Assembly (NCBI GenBank): GCA_002708715.1
Contig: PAPB01000004.1
Coordinates: 52,690-116,689 of the forward strand
Length of the DNA stretch: 64,000 nucleotides
From: Fidelibacterota bacterium
GTDB taxonomy: Bacteria; Fidelibacterota; Marinisomatia; Marinisomatales; UBA1611
Direction of reading: 5' to 3'
Shown: piece by piece, positions 1 through 10,496 of the stretch
Layout: the number at the start of each line of letters is the position of its first letter
Numbering within the stretch: the first letter of the stretch is position 1
Made by a program: the position numbers and the translations under genes
Notes under the pieces: generated by a model
Told to the model about the DNA's origin: nothing
The model's database searches: none
The model's input: only the letters and a program-made list of their open reading frames with translations

Positions 1-1
1 A

Positions 2-2116
2 GACATAAAAACAGATGGTGTGATTGGAATGGAAGTCCTTGCTGTTGAAGATGGTTACATAAGTAGAATACGATCAAATTTTAATGGCTATGGGAAAGCT
101 GTATATCAAAGAACAGTCTCGGGACATGAAGTTGTATATGGCCATTTAGAATCGTTTACACCTGTTATGGAAAAAATCTGGAGACTTCAACAAGCAAAGC
201 GTAGAAGCTATATCGTTGATACACAATTCCCCTCTAGAGATTTCCAAGTAAAAAAAGGAGATTTAATCGGATTTTCGGGTAATACTGGTAATTCATTTGC
301 ACCCCATATTCATTTTGAATATAGATCTAGTAAAAGTGTCCCTTTAAATCCCCTAACTAGAGCTTTTGAATTACAAGATAACACAAACCCAATAGCTAAA
401 AAGTTAGCAATTTTACCAATTAGTACAGGAGCTATGATAAATGCAAGTCCATTACCTCAAATTATTCCACTTTTCAGAGACAAAAGTGGAATTTATCATT
501 TTGCAGATACAATTAGTGTTTTTGGAGAATTTGGTTTTGCTATTCAAGCAGTCGATAAAAGAGAAGGCACAAATAATATTTACCAATTTAATCGAGCAGA
601 ATTAATTGTAGATAATCAAAAAGAATTTGAACTTAACTATACAAAAATATCATTTAAGGAAAGCAAATTTGCTAAAACAATTATACAATATGATTTAAAA
701 AGACAAAATCTAGGAGAATTTCAAAAATTATATAAATTACCCGAACATAAAAAAATATCCTTACATACATCTGAGACTTCGGGTATTCTAGGGTTATCAC
801 CAGGTTTTCATACAATAAATATAAATATTTTTGATGCTTATAATAACAAAACAACAGTTCAAGGTATTGTTGCAGGTACTTTCCCAATGACACTTGAGGC
901 AAAAGAAATATATCGAGACCAAAAAGTTGTTACATTATCCCTTATACCAAAAAGAGGAGGATTGCCCATTCGTGATGCAGTTGTATATAGTTTTACACCT
1001 TACGGTTTCCCTGATAAAAAAATTGAATTTCTAAATGCTGAACAAGTTAAAAAAGATTTTCATATAACATTGGCAACTTCTGATCTAAAAAATAGAATTT
1101 TACATATTATTGGTATTAATCAACTTGGTGGAATGATAAACCCATTTCATTGGACTTACACTCAGCCACAATTGAGTGTGATTGATGTTATACCCGATTT
1201 AAAAATTTCTAATACAGAACGTGGATTATTTTTTCAAGTAAATATAAATAATTATGTACCAGCTAAAGCAATTTTAAGATTAGCAAATGATAATACATTC
1301 TCATCTTTTAACTTAAACCAAATTCAACCAAACACATTTCTATCTGAAAAATTAGCACATAATGTAATTAACGATATTAAATACGTTGATATTGAACTTT
1401 CCTATAAAGATCTATCTAGACAAACAAGATTTCACTATCTATTCCAACCTGTAACTCCTGGTCAAGAAAGTATTGTATTTTCAAATGACCGCAATTGCTC
1501 TATAAAAACACTTCCAGGAAGTTTTTATCAAAATAGCGCTATTTGGATTACAGAAGTAGAAAAATTTGCACCTATAAAAAATGGATACCATGTCTCTCCT
1601 GTATACCAGTTACAACCATTTGATTTAGCATTAAAAAATGAAATACAAGTTGGAATAAAATATGATCGTGATTTAGTTGAGCACTCAAATCTTGGAATTT
1701 ATTATTATGATCCAAAAAATGAAAAATGGAACTATAGTCCCACAAAAAATAATCGAAGAAAAATGATTCTAACCTCAACATTAGATCATATGGATGCTAT
1801 TACAATCATACAAGATCTAGATGGACCAACAATTAAAAACTTCTTTCCTGGTAATGGCGGAAAATATAAAAAAGAAGATATAAGAAAAATTTCCGTAAAA
1901 ATAAATGATCATTTATCTGGAATAGAAATAAATGAATCTTCTTTTTCTTTAAAATTAAATGAAAAAATTCTTTACCCAGCATATCAACCTATAAAAAAAA
2001 CAATTTCATATAATTTAGATCACCAATTAAATAGAGGGTCTCATAAAATTGATTTTAAAGTTCATGATCGTATGGGAAATGAATCTTCAAAAATTATATA
2101 TTTTTCTGTTTATTAA
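2..2116 (+). CDS. M23/LytM-family metallopeptidase, 5' end cut by the window edge, with a long uncharacterised C-terminal extension
   Basis: The frame is open from nt 2 (DIKTDG precedes the track's GTG at 20). M23 signatures 'FSGNTGNSFAPHIHFEYR' (HxH) and 'VYGHLESF'. The stop overlaps the next start (TAATG). Confidence 0.8.
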   Translation, partial: DIKTDGVIGMEVLAVEDGYISRIRSNFNGYGKAVYQRTVSGHEVVYGHLESFTPVMEKIWRLQQAKRRSYIVDTQFPSRDFQVKKGDLIGFSGNTGNSFAPHIHFEYRSSKSVPLNPLTRAFELQDNTNPIAKKLAILPISTGAMINASPLPQIIPLFRDKSGIYHFADTISVFGEFGFAIQAVDKREGTNNIYQFNRAELIVDNQKEFELNYTKISFKESKFAKTIIQYDLKRQNLGEFQKLYKLPEHKKISLHTSETSGILGLSPGFHTININIFDAYNNKTTVQGIVAGTFPMTLEAKEIYRDQKVVTLSLIPKRGGLPIRDAVVYSFTPYGFPDKKIEFLNAEQVKKDFHITLATSDLKNRILHIIGINQLGGMINPFHWTYTQPQLSVIDVIPDLKISNTERGLFFQVNINNYVPAKAILRLANDNTFSSFNLNQIQPNTFLSEKLAHNVINDIKYVDIELSYKDLSRQTRFHYLFQPVTPGQESIVFSNDRNCSIKTLPGSFYQNSAIWITEVEKFAPIKNGYHVSPVYQLQPFDLALKNEIQVGIKYDRDLVEHSNLGIYYYDPKNEKWNYSPTKNNRRKMILTSTLDHMDAITIIQDLDGPTIKNFFPGNGGKYKKEDIRKISVKINDHLSGIEINESSFSLKLNEKILYPAYQPIKKTISYNLDHQLNRGSHKIDFKVHDRMGNESSKIIYFSVY

Positions 2117-2763
2117 TGTTTTTTCCATATAAAGATGATAATCCTAGGGTTCTTTTTCCATATGTTACATATATAATTATTTTCATAAATATCTTGGTAT
2201 TCATATGCCAAAATTATATAGCCTTTGGTAATCCAAAATTAAACCATGATTTAATACACACTTTTGGTTTTATTCCAAATTCATTTAATATTTTAACAAT
2301 TTTTTCTTCCATGTTTATGCATGGTGGTATAGGACATATTTTTAGTAATATGTGGTTCTTATATATTTTTGGAGATAATATTGAAAGTATTTTAGGACAT
2401 ATTAAATTTTTATATTTTTATATCTTTTGTGGAGTTGGTGCTGCTATAGCACAATTTGGAATAAACCCAGATTCAATAACTCCTATGGTTGGCGCCAGTG
2501 GTGCTATTGCTGGAGTATTAGGCGCCTACATGCTTCGTTTTCCAAAAGCCAAAGTTCATATACTAGCCATTGTTATTATTTTTATCACAACTTTTATTGT
2601 ACCTGCTCAAATTATATTAGGTATATGGTTTTTAATTCAATTATCTGGCGGTTTAAATAGTTTAGGTATTGACACCACAGGAGGAGTAGCCTGGTTCGCT
2701 CATATAGGTGGTTTTATTACAGGTATTGGATCACTAAAATATTTTCAATTTAAAAATATATGA
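2116..2763 (+). CDS. Rhomboid-family intramembrane serine protease
   Basis: Multi-pass membrane protein with 'FMHGGIGHIFSNMWFLYIFG', the catalytic Ser motif 'GASGAIAGVLGAY' and the catalytic His motif 'FAHIGGFITG'. Confidence 0.85.
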   Translation: MFFPYKDDNPRVLFPYVTYIIIFINILVFICQNYIAFGNPKLNHDLIHTFGFIPNSFNILTIFSSMFMHGGIGHIFSNMWFLYIFGDNIESILGHIKFLYFYIFCGVGAAIAQFGINPDSITPMVGASGAIAGVLGAYMLRFPKAKVHILAIVIIFITTFIVPAQIILGIWFLIQLSGGLNSLGIDTTGGVAWFAHIGGFITGIGSLKYFQFKNI

Positions 2764-3143
2764 ATAATAAACTAATACAAAAAGCAATTAACATGTGTGA
2801 TAAAGCTTACGCACCATTCTCAAATTACCATGTTGGTGCAGCGTTAGAACTTCATTCTGGAAAAATTATCGGTGGATGTAATGTGGAATCCTCTAGCTAT
2901 GGACTTACATGTTGTGCAGAAAGAGTTGCACTATTTTGTGCAATTGCAGAAGGACATAATAATTTTAAATCTATGGCCATCGCAACAAAAAATGATGGGA
3001 TGCCTTGCGGTGCATGCAGACAAGTGATATGGGAATTATGTGGAAATATTCCTATCTATATTTGTAATATGAAAGGCTTAGTTAAAACCGTATATATGAA
3101 TGATTTATTGCCCGATGCTTTTGATAAAAAAAAATTAAAATGA
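2760..3143 (+). CDS. cdd: Cytidine deaminase
   Basis: Zinc-ligand motifs 'CAERVA' and 'PCGACRQV'; about 127 aa, the small homotetrameric CDA size. ATGA overlap with the upstream gene. Confidence 0.9.
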   Translation: MNNKLIQKAINMCDKAYAPFSNYHVGAALELHSGKIIGGCNVESSSYGLTCCAERVALFCAIAEGHNNFKSMAIATKNDGMPCGACRQVIWELCGNIPIYICNMKGLVKTVYMNDLLPDAFDKKKLK

Positions 3144-3754
3144 ATTCAGTTATTATAGCGATCGCTGGTGGAACAGGATCAGGTAAAACATATTTAACAA
3201 AACATATTGCAAAAAAATATTCAAAAAAATTATTATTAATTATAGATCAAGATTCATATTACAATGATATTTCAAATATGGACTTTGAAATTCGATGTAA
3301 ACAAAATTTTGATCATCCGAACGCAATAGATATAAAACTTCTAAATAGTCACTTAGAAAAACTTCTTAATGGGAAAAAAGTAAAAGTCCCATGTTATGAC
3401 TTTAAAAAACATTTAAGAATAAAAACAAAAAAAATAGTTGAACAACATCCCATAATTATTGTAGAAGGAATTCTTATGCTTCATTACATAAACCTGCATA
3501 AATTTTATTCATTAAAAGTTTTTGTTGATACACCTGAAAATATTAGGCTAACGCGACGTATAGATCGAGATAAAAAATATAGAGGGAGAACAGAAAAATC
3601 AATACAATTACAATATTATAAAACTGTAAAGCCAATGCATGATAATTTTGTTTACCCTTCCAAAAATTATGCTGATATCATTATTAATGGTTCAGATAAA
3701 ATAAATGATTCAGTTAAAATCATTAAACAACATATTGATTTATTATCAGCATGA
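3140..3754 (+). CDS. udk: Uridine/cytidine kinase
   Basis: P-loop 'IAGGTGSGKT', 'DQDSYY', 'NFDHPNAID', 'VFVDTPENIRLTRRIDRD', 'YYKTVKPMH'; collinear with E. coli Udk by eye. Confidence 0.9.
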   Translation: MNSVIIAIAGGTGSGKTYLTKHIAKKYSKKLLLIIDQDSYYNDISNMDFEIRCKQNFDHPNAIDIKLLNSHLEKLLNGKKVKVPCYDFKKHLRIKTKKIVEQHPIIIVEGILMLHYINLHKFYSLKVFVDTPENIRLTRRIDRDKKYRGRTEKSIQLQYYKTVKPMHDNFVYPSKNYADIIINGSDKINDSVKIIKQHIDLLSA

Positions 3755-4311
3755 CATTAACACCCACAAACTCCGGATGGATAGAAGTTATATGCGGAAA
3801 TATGTTCTCTGGGAAAACAGAAGAATTGATTCGAAGACTAAGAAGAGCACAAATCGCAAAAATGTCAACTGCAATCTTTAAACCAAAAATTGATTCTCGT
3901 TTTAGTGATGAACACATTGTTAGTCATAATAATAATAGATTAAAATCTTACACAGTCAGCATTACTAATGAAATTTTGGAACTTTCAAAACAGCATGAAG
4001 TAATTGGTATTGATGAAGTACAATTTTTTGATGATTCCATCATTGAAGTTTGCAAAATTTTAGCATCAAATAATAAACGAATTATTGCGGCAGGCCTAGA
4101 TACAGACTATCTTGGTAACCCTTTTGGCCCTATGCCAAAAATTATGTGCGAAGCTGATTATCTAGATAAACTAAGAGCAATTTGTATTAAATGTGGTAAT
4201 CCCGCTTCATATACACAAAGGACAACATCTGATGCCAATCAAGTGGTTATTGGAGAACTTGACAAATATGAAGCGCGATGCAGAAATTGCCACAGGTTAC
4301 CAAATAATTAA
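3751..4311 (+). CDS. tdk: Thymidine kinase (TK1 type)
   Basis: 'GNMFSGKTEELIRRLRR', 'IDEVQFF', and C-terminal Zn ribbon cysteines 'CIKCG...ARCRNCH'. Confidence 0.9.
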   Translation: MTLTPTNSGWIEVICGNMFSGKTEELIRRLRRAQIAKMSTAIFKPKIDSRFSDEHIVSHNNNRLKSYTVSITNEILELSKQHEVIGIDEVQFFDDSIIEVCKILASNNKRIIAAGLDTDYLGNPFGPMPKIMCEADYLDKLRAICIKCGNPASYTQRTTSDANQVVIGELDKYEARCRNCHRLPNN

Positions 4312-4314
4312 TTG

Positions 4315-5538
4315 ATGTTTAAATACATAGGGATTATAGGAATTTTAGTTTTATTAGGTCTAGCTTTTATGCTTTCTAATAATAAAAAAGCTATTAAAAT
4401 TGAAATGGTTTTATGGGGTCTAGGACTTCAAATTTTTTTTGGTTTAATAATATTAAAAATACCATTTATAAAATCTCAATTTTTTTTCATAGATAAAATT
4501 TTTAAAACATTAATTAGTTTTTCAGATAAAGGTAGTGATTTTTTATTTCAATCTTTTATTCCAGGCGTTGGATATCATGAAGCAATGATTAATTTTGCAT
4601 TTAGAGCACTGCCTGTAGTTATTTTCTTTTCAAGTTTAATTTCTGTTGCATACTATTTGGGTATTATCCAGTTAATCGTTAAATGGTTCGCTAAAATTAT
4701 GGAAAAAAGTATGAAAACCAGCGGAGCAGAGACATTAAGTATATCAGCAAATGTTTTTGTAGGGCAAACAGAAGCTCCTATTCTTATTCGTCCATATATT
4801 AATAATATGACAAAATCTGAGCTCATGGCAGTTATGACAGGTGGTTTTGCAACAGTTGCAGGTTCTGTATTAGCACTTTATGTTTTGTGGTTAGAAAAAA
4901 TACCTGGCATTGCAGGCCATATGCTTGCAGCAAGTATAATGTCTGCACCAGCTGCTTTAGTAATTGCAAAGATAATATATCCAGAAACAAAACAAACAAA
5001 ATCGATCAATAAATTAAATTTAAATATTACTAACTCATCTGATAACGTTATGGAGGCTTTAAGTAGAGGTGCAACAGATGGTTTAAAATTAGCTGCTAAT
5101 ATTGGAGCAATGTTAATCGCTTTTATATCCGTTCTTAGCATGATTAATTATAGTTTAAACTATATTTTCCATATTAATCTACAGGAAATCATGGGGTATA
5201 TATTTTCTCCTTTAGCATGGACAATGGGAATTCCTTGGAAAGAAGCAAATATAGTTGGTAGACTAATGGGTGAAAAAATTGTATTAACTGAACTAATAGC
5301 ATATGGTAGTTTAGGAGAATTAATTAATAATAATATGATTTCGGAAAGATCCGCAATTATCTCGAGTTATGCTTTGTGTGGTTTCGCTAATTTTGGATCT
5401 ATTGGAATTCAAATTGGTGGCATAGGTGCAATGGCACCACAAAAAAGAAAATCTTTATCCCAAATAGCTTTGAAAGCAATGATTGGGGGTGCTTTAGCAT
5501 CATGGTTAACTGCTACAATAGCGGGAATATTAATCTAA
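4315..5538 (+). CDS. nupC: Concentrative nucleoside transporter (NupC/CNT family)
   Basis: Polytopic membrane protein with 'VFVGQTEAPILIRPY', 'MTGGFATVAGSVL' and 'ALCGFANFGSIGIQIGG'. The ATG at 4315 is preferred over the in-frame TTG at 4312. Confidence 0.85.
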   Translation: MFKYIGIIGILVLLGLAFMLSNNKKAIKIEMVLWGLGLQIFFGLIILKIPFIKSQFFFIDKIFKTLISFSDKGSDFLFQSFIPGVGYHEAMINFAFRALPVVIFFSSLISVAYYLGIIQLIVKWFAKIMEKSMKTSGAETLSISANVFVGQTEAPILIRPYINNMTKSELMAVMTGGFATVAGSVLALYVLWLEKIPGIAGHMLAASIMSAPAALVIAKIIYPETKQTKSINKLNLNITNSSDNVMEALSRGATDGLKLAANIGAMLIAFISVLSMINYSLNYIFHINLQEIMGYIFSPLAWTMGIPWKEANIVGRLMGEKIVLTELIAYGSLGELINNNMISERSAIISSYALCGFANFGSIGIQIGGIGAMAPQKRKSLSQIALKAMIGGALASWLTATIAGILI

Positions 5539-5545
5539 ATAAATT

Positions 5546-6106
5546 ATGAATTTATTAATAATGGGACCACCAGGCGTCGGTAAAGGAACGCAAGCAAAAA
5601 TAATATGTAAAAAATTAAATATAATACATATATCGACAGGTGAAATCTTAAGAAATGAAATTAGAAAAAAAACAAAAATAGGACTAATAGCTAAATCATT
5701 CATAAATATTGGAAAATTAGCCCCAGATGATATAATATTAGATATTATTGATGATAATATTAAAAATGAAAACTGTATAAAAGGTTATTTATTAGATGGA
5801 TTCCCAAGAACAATTCCTCAAGCTAAAGGTTTTGATAAAATATTAGAAAAAAAAGAAGAAACTCTTACTATGGTAATAAACTTAACAGCCAATGAAAATG
5901 AACTCATAAACAGAATCATTGAAAGGGGAAAAGACTCTGGACGTAGTGATGATATTTTAGAAATAATAAAAGAAAGACAAAAAATTTATTGGCACCAAAC
6001 TGCACCATTAATTGAATATTATAATAAAAAAAATATATTAAAGAATATTAATGGCATTGGTAAAATAGAAGATATAACAAATAGAATATTAAGAATATTG
6101 AATTAA
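5546..6106 (+). CDS. adk: Adenylate kinase, short-LID form (186 aa)
   Basis: 'IMGPPGVGKGTQA', 'ISTGEILR', 'LLDGFPRT'. The LID region is short and has no Cys4/zinc motif. Confidence 0.9.
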   Translation: MNLLIMGPPGVGKGTQAKIICKKLNIIHISTGEILRNEIRKKTKIGLIAKSFINIGKLAPDDIILDIIDDNIKNENCIKGYLLDGFPRTIPQAKGFDKILEKKEETLTMVINLTANENELINRIIERGKDSGRSDDILEIIKERQKIYWHQTAPLIEYYNKKNILKNINGIGKIEDITNRILRILN

Positions 6107-6119
6107 AATTTAAAATTAA

Positions 6120-6713
6120 ATGTTAAAAGTAGGTCTAACTGGAGGCATGGGGTCAGGCAAGAGCGTAGTAAGTACATTCTTCAAAGATTGGGGTGCATAT
6201 ATTTTTGATGCAGATACTATTGCAAAAAATATTTTAAATACCAATAAAATTGCCCAAAATGAAATAATAGCAGAATTTGGTACAGATGTTATAGATATTA
6301 ATGGAAACATTAACAAAAAAAAATTAGGTAGAGTTGCATTTCTAAATGATAATAATCAATTAAAACTAAATACAATAATTCATCCATATGTTTTTGAAGA
6401 AATCGATTTGTGTTTTCAATCTGTTTTACAAAAAGGTGCTCATAAAATATTTGTAGTAGACGCTGCTTTAATTTATGAGTCTGGTGCTGATGCCCATATG
6501 GACTATGTATTAGTTGTTACTTCTCATTTAAAATTAAGGACTGAAAGAGTAATGAATAGAGGTGGAATTAGCCGTGAAGATTTTTTAAAAAGAATAGACT
6601 TACAGTGGTCAGAAAAAGATAAAGTCGAAATGGCTGATTACGTGATACATAACAATAGCACAAAAGAAGAACTAAAAAAAGAAGTAAAAAATATCTATAA
6701 ATTATTAGTATAA
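6120..6713 (+). CDS. coaE: Dephospho-CoA kinase
   Basis: 'VGLTGGMGSGKS' P-loop at the N-terminus; about 197 aa; 'HPYV' and 'VVDAALIYE' are typical of CoaE. Confidence 0.85.
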   Translation: MLKVGLTGGMGSGKSVVSTFFKDWGAYIFDADTIAKNILNTNKIAQNEIIAEFGTDVIDINGNINKKKLGRVAFLNDNNQLKLNTIIHPYVFEEIDLCFQSVLQKGAHKIFVVDAALIYESGADAHMDYVLVVTSHLKLRTERVMNRGGISREDFLKRIDLQWSEKDKVEMADYVIHNNSTKEELKKEVKNIYKLLV

Positions 6714-6714
6714 T

Positions 6715-7218
6715 TTATTTTCTTAAGGATAATGGCTTATCTAAAATTTCTTTTATTATAATAGACTTTTTTAAAGATTGTTTAGATTGAAATAAAATAT
6801 CACGGATATTTACTTTTTTTTTCCATTTATTCCCAAAACGCGATTCATCTCTTTTCGCTAATTGAGAATGATAAATTTTATGACTGAAATTTTCACCCTG
6901 TTCATCAATATCAGATAAATCACTTTCTTTAATAAAAGTTGAATTCTCATTTACGTTTTCCTCAATATCGAATTCAGATTTTATAACTGGTTTTTGTAAA
7001 ACGTCTTTAATATTTGGATTAGAATCTGGTATCTTTGGATTATCTTCAAATAAATCGTTTAAAAGATTATCAAAATCAGATAATGTTGTTTTTTGTACAT
7101 TCGGCTGTTCTGAATCCCAGTCTGGATCTGATTCTATTTGACGCCTTTTTTCATTCTGCTGACGTTTCTTAATATAACCAGATATAATATATAATAATAA
7201 TACACCAAGCCATTCCAT
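6715..7218 (-). CDS. Hypothetical protein: N-terminal TM anchor plus an acidic, low-complexity soluble region
   Basis: ATG start. Packed 1 nt after the stop of the methyltransferase gene upstream on the same strand. One hydrophobic helix (WLGVLLLYIISGYI), then a D/E/N-rich sequence. No recognisable motif. Confidence 0.5.
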   Translation of the reverse strand: MEWLGVLLLYIISGYIKKRQQNEKRRQIESDPDWDSEQPNVQKTTLSDFDNLLNDLFEDNPKIPDSNPNIKDVLQKPVIKSEFDIEENVNENSTFIKESDLSDIDEQGENFSHKIYHSQLAKRDESRFGNKWKKKVNIRDILFQSKQSLKKSIIIKEILDKPLSLRK

Positions 7219-7219
7219 C

Positions 7220-8023
7220 TTATGCCTCTGGTTTTTCTAAGATAAATAACATACCATTACAAAATATTTCATTTAATATAGGAATAAAATAAAATGGATT
7301 TCTAAAACTAGGTAGGCTGAATCGGAATGAATATGCTGGTCGTATAAACCAATTACTTTTTTTTATAATATTAAAACCTATTCTTAGTATTAGTTCTAAC
7401 ATCTGCTTATTTGAGATTCTTGTTTTTTTAGTATTAATTAAATATTCTATTTTTTTTGATGAACAACCTATAATTTTTAAATATTTCATATAAAAATAAT
7501 CTGGCAATAAATATAAATATGGTATTTTACCTAATATGTTTGGAACAGTCTGTTGGTGCCCAGCATAAGGACAATATTTTGGTGGATATGAAATAAATAA
7601 TTTTCCTCCAGGTCGCAAAATATCATACATATTAATTAATGCAGTTTCTTTATCATGAATATGTTCTATAACATCTCGAATTATTATTAAATCATATTTT
7701 TGCACCAATTCTTTATCATATGTTTTTGGATTACAAATATTAGCTTGAAATAGATGAATTTTATTTTTTTGATTTAATAAAACAGCATTATTAAAACGAA
7801 CATCAGACAATTCTAACCCTGAACAATTTGCTCCTTTATCATTATAAAATTTCAACAAGCCAGCTTCAGCGCACCCAATTTCTAATATGTTTCTATTTTT
7901 AACATCTTCTGGTCCAAGATAATCAAAAAGAAAATTTTCTCCATACCAATATTGTTCATTATAGCACCTTATACATCTATCTGATATTTGATGATTAATA
8001 TTTTTTGAAAATATAAAATCCAT
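7220..8023 (-). CDS. Class I SAM-dependent methyltransferase
   Basis: Motif I 'ILEIGCAEAGLL', a post-I acidic residue 'GLELS', and 'DLIIIRDVIEHI' / 'LRPGGKLFISYP', typical of Methyltransf_11/23-like enzymes. Confidence 0.7.
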   Translation of the reverse strand: MDFIFSKNINHQISDRCIRCYNEQYWYGENFLFDYLGPEDVKNRNILEIGCAEAGLLKFYNDKGANCSGLELSDVRFNNAVLLNQKNKIHLFQANICNPKTYDKELVQKYDLIIIRDVIEHIHDKETALINMYDILRPGGKLFISYPPKYCPYAGHQQTVPNILGKIPYLYLLPDYFYMKYLKIIGCSSKKIEYLINTKKTRISNKQMLELILRIGFNIIKKSNWFIRPAYSFRFSLPSFRNPFYFIPILNEIFCNGMLFILEKPEA

Positions 8024-8039
8024 ACATTAAATCTAATAT

Positions 8040-9050
8040 TTAATCTTCCTCTATTGGATTATCAGAACTTTTATCTACATCAATATCAGCAATTGATTCA
8101 CGCATATCTGTATCAGATTTAATATTTTCCATTTTATAATAATCCATTATACCAAGATTACCTTCTCTAAATGCTGTAGCCATAGCCTTTGGTACCTCAG
8201 CTTCTGACTCAACAACTTTTGCTTTCATTTCTTGAGTTTTTGCTGTCATTTCTTGCTCTTCAGCAACCGCCATGGCCCTTCTAGTCTCAGCTTTAGCTTG
8301 TGCAACTCTTAGATCAGCTTCTGCCTGATCAGCTTGAAGAGATGCCCCTATATTTTTGCCAACATCAAGATCTGCAATATCAATAGATAAAATTTCAAAA
8401 GCCGTTCCAGCATCTAGGCCTTTATCAAGAACAGCACGAGAAATATTATCTGGGTTTTCCAAAACCCGAGAATAATTCCCTGCAGATCCGATCGCAGAAA
8501 CAATGCCTTCACCAACTCTTGCTATTATTGTGTCATCTGTCGCACCACCTACTAAGCCTGGAATATTCGTTCTAACAGTAACCCGAGCACGTGCCTTTAA
8601 TTCAATACCATCCTTAGCAACAGCCGCAAGATATCCATCTTTTGGTGCATTAATTACTTTAGGATAAACAGAGGTCTGAACAGCTTCGTTCACATCACGT
8701 CCTGCTAAATCAATTGCAGTAGCAGTTTCAAAAGGCAATTTAATACTGGCTTTATCCGCAGCAATAAGAGCAGAAACAATATTTTGAACATTTCCACCAG
8801 CTAAATAATGGGTCTCAAGCATATCTGTTGATATATGTACAAGGCCAGCTTTATGTAAATTTATTACTCCATCTGTAACCAAGCGAGGTGAAATTTTTCT
8901 TAGTCTCATCCGAATTAAATCAACAATTCGTATTCTTCCTATACCAAGAGAAACTATTCCCTGTATCCACATTCCAACTGGAACAAAATATAAAATCACA
9001 AGAGTTACAAAAATTATAACTCCAATTAAAAACATTTGTACGATAGGCAT
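8040..9050 (-). CDS. floA: Flotillin-like protein FloA (UPF0365/YqfA family)
   Basis: Collinear by eye with B. subtilis FloA: '[11 protein letters not shown]', 'AIDLAGRDV', '[28 protein letters not shown]', '[11 protein letters not shown]'. SD-like AAGGA upstream. Confidence 0.9.
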   Translation of the reverse strand: MPIVQMFLIGVIIFVTLVILYFVPVGMWIQGIVSLGIGRIRIVDLIRMRLRKISPRLVTDGVINLHKAGLVHISTDMLETHYLAGGNVQNIVSALIAADKASIKLPFETATAIDLAGRDVNEAVQTSVYPKVINAPKDGYLAAVAKDGIELKARARVTVRTNIPGLVGGATDDTIIARVGEGIVSAIGSAGNYSRVLENPDNISRAVLDKGLDAGTAFEILSIDIADLDVGKNIGASLQADQAEADLRVAQAKAETRRAMAVAEEQEMTAKTQEMKAKVVESEAEVPKAMATAFREGNLGIMDYYKMENIKSDTDMRESIADIDVDKSSDNPIEED

Positions 9051-9063
9051 AATACTTATCCTT

Positions 9064-10425
9064 TTATTTTATTAATTTTTTAACAACAACTCTATTGCCA
9101 TCAACAGATACAACAATTATGTTAGTGCCCTTACCTAAAAATTCTCCTTGACTAACCACAAATATTTTTTCATCACCGACCTTAACCCAACCTGAAGGAT
9201 GTAAATCTGTATCAGTGACACCTTCCTTACCTTCTAAAGTCTCCCATCCAAAACTGTTTTCATATCCATCTGTTTTATTTTGAATATTTGGTGCGGTTAA
9301 TTGTTCCCAAAATTTAGTTTTAATCATTATTCTAATTAATAAAAACAACCCTATAATTGCTCCAAGCAGTCCAATAAAAAACCCATCCATGGCTTGCCCA
9401 ACTATTTCTTCACCAACTGGGATATCAGGCAATAATAATAAATACAAACCATAAATCATTAGTCCAAATCCACTAATACCGATAATGCCAAATCCAGGAA
9501 TCACAAGAATTTCTAAAAAAATCATTCCTACGCCAGCAAAAATAAAAAGCATATCAGACATTGTAGCTAATTGAGCAATATAAGAAGCACTTAAAGATAA
9601 AATAAGACAAGTTAAACCTACAAATCCAGGAATTCCCCAACCTGGACTTTGTAGCTCAAATAATATGCCTAGAAATCCAAATGTAGTCAGTAAAGATGCA
9701 ACCACAGGATTAGTTAAAAATCTAACTATATCTTCAGACCAATTTTCACCTTTATCAATAATTGTAACGTTTTCGTACCCGAGAGAATTGAGCACAAGGT
9801 TTACATCCTCTGATTCCCCATCTGCAATTTTATATTTTAGAGCTTGATCTGTTGTTAATGAGATAAGCTTACCATCTTTTCTACCTTCAATATCGTTTAC
9901 ATTAATAGAATCACCTTCAATAAATAACTTTGAAAAAGTTAGTTCCTCATCAACCATCCCTCTAGCAATAGCCTTATTCCTACCACGTTTTTCAGCCGTG
10001 GAAGCCATTTCTTCTCTCATAAAACTAATTACCTTTTCACTCCCCTTTTTACCAGACATATCAACAGCAGTAGCAGCGCCAATTAACGCACCTCCCGTCA
10101 TAAATATTTTTTCACATGAAAGAGAAATCAAAGCACCAGCAGAAATTGCTCTACGATTTATAAAAGCAATCGTGGTTATTTCACTGCTTAAAATAGCATC
10201 TTTTATCTGAGTAGCAGCATCAACACGCCCACCAAAGGTGTTAATATCAAAAATAATAGCATCAATTTTATTTAATTCTGCTTCTGCTATAGTTCTTTTA
10301 ATAAAAGGTGGCAAACCCAAATCAATAGTTCCATTAATTGGGACTCTATATACTGTATCACAGTAAATAAAAGAAATAGCTATAGATATATAAACTAAGA
10401 AGTTTTTCATTAGCAATAATTTCAT
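9064..10425 (-). CDS. nfeD: Membrane-bound ClpP-class serine protease NfeD (long form)
   Basis: Signal/anchor sequence, then a ClpP-like domain ('[17 protein letters not shown]'), a block of TM helices and a C-terminal NfeD OB-fold ('[23 protein letters not shown]'). Sits immediately upstream of floA. Confidence 0.8.
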   Translation of the reverse strand: MKLLLMKNFLVYISIAISFIYCDTVYRVPINGTIDLGLPPFIKRTIAEAELNKIDAIIFDINTFGGRVDAATQIKDAILSSEITTIAFINRRAISAGALISLSCEKIFMTGGALIGAATAVDMSGKKGSEKVISFMREEMASTAEKRGRNKAIARGMVDEELTFSKLFIEGDSINVNDIEGRKDGKLISLTTDQALKYKIADGESEDVNLVLNSLGYENVTIIDKGENWSEDIVRFLTNPVVASLLTTFGFLGILFELQSPGWGIPGFVGLTCLILSLSASYIAQLATMSDMLFIFAGVGMIFLEILVIPGFGIIGISGFGLMIYGLYLLLLPDIPVGEEIVGQAMDGFFIGLLGAIIGLFLLIRIMIKTKFWEQLTAPNIQNKTDGYENSFGWETLEGKEGVTDTDLHPSGWVKVGDEKIFVVSQGEFLGKGTNIIVVSVDGNRVVVKKLIK

Positions 10426-10496
10426 ACATTTAAAGGTTAGGTGAAATAAAAAACGGTAGAAATTTCGTTAAAATTATGATGTAATTTCAAACTATA

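Noticed and set aside
2116-2763. The idea that the rhomboid protease is a rhombosortase that processes the C-terminal tail of the 1287-aa protein.
   Set aside because: The tail lacks the Gly-Gly motif and the basic cluster of GlyGly-CTERM signals. The genes are about 54 kb apart, and the rhomboid shows only generic GlpG-like motifs.
8040-10425. Locally higher G+C in floA/nfeD (and likewise in hppA, 34403-36547) as evidence of a horizontally acquired island.
   Set aside because: The excess tracks Ala/Gly/Val-rich conserved protein sequence. There are no flanking tRNA, integrase or repeat boundaries, and the genes are embedded in overlapping operons.
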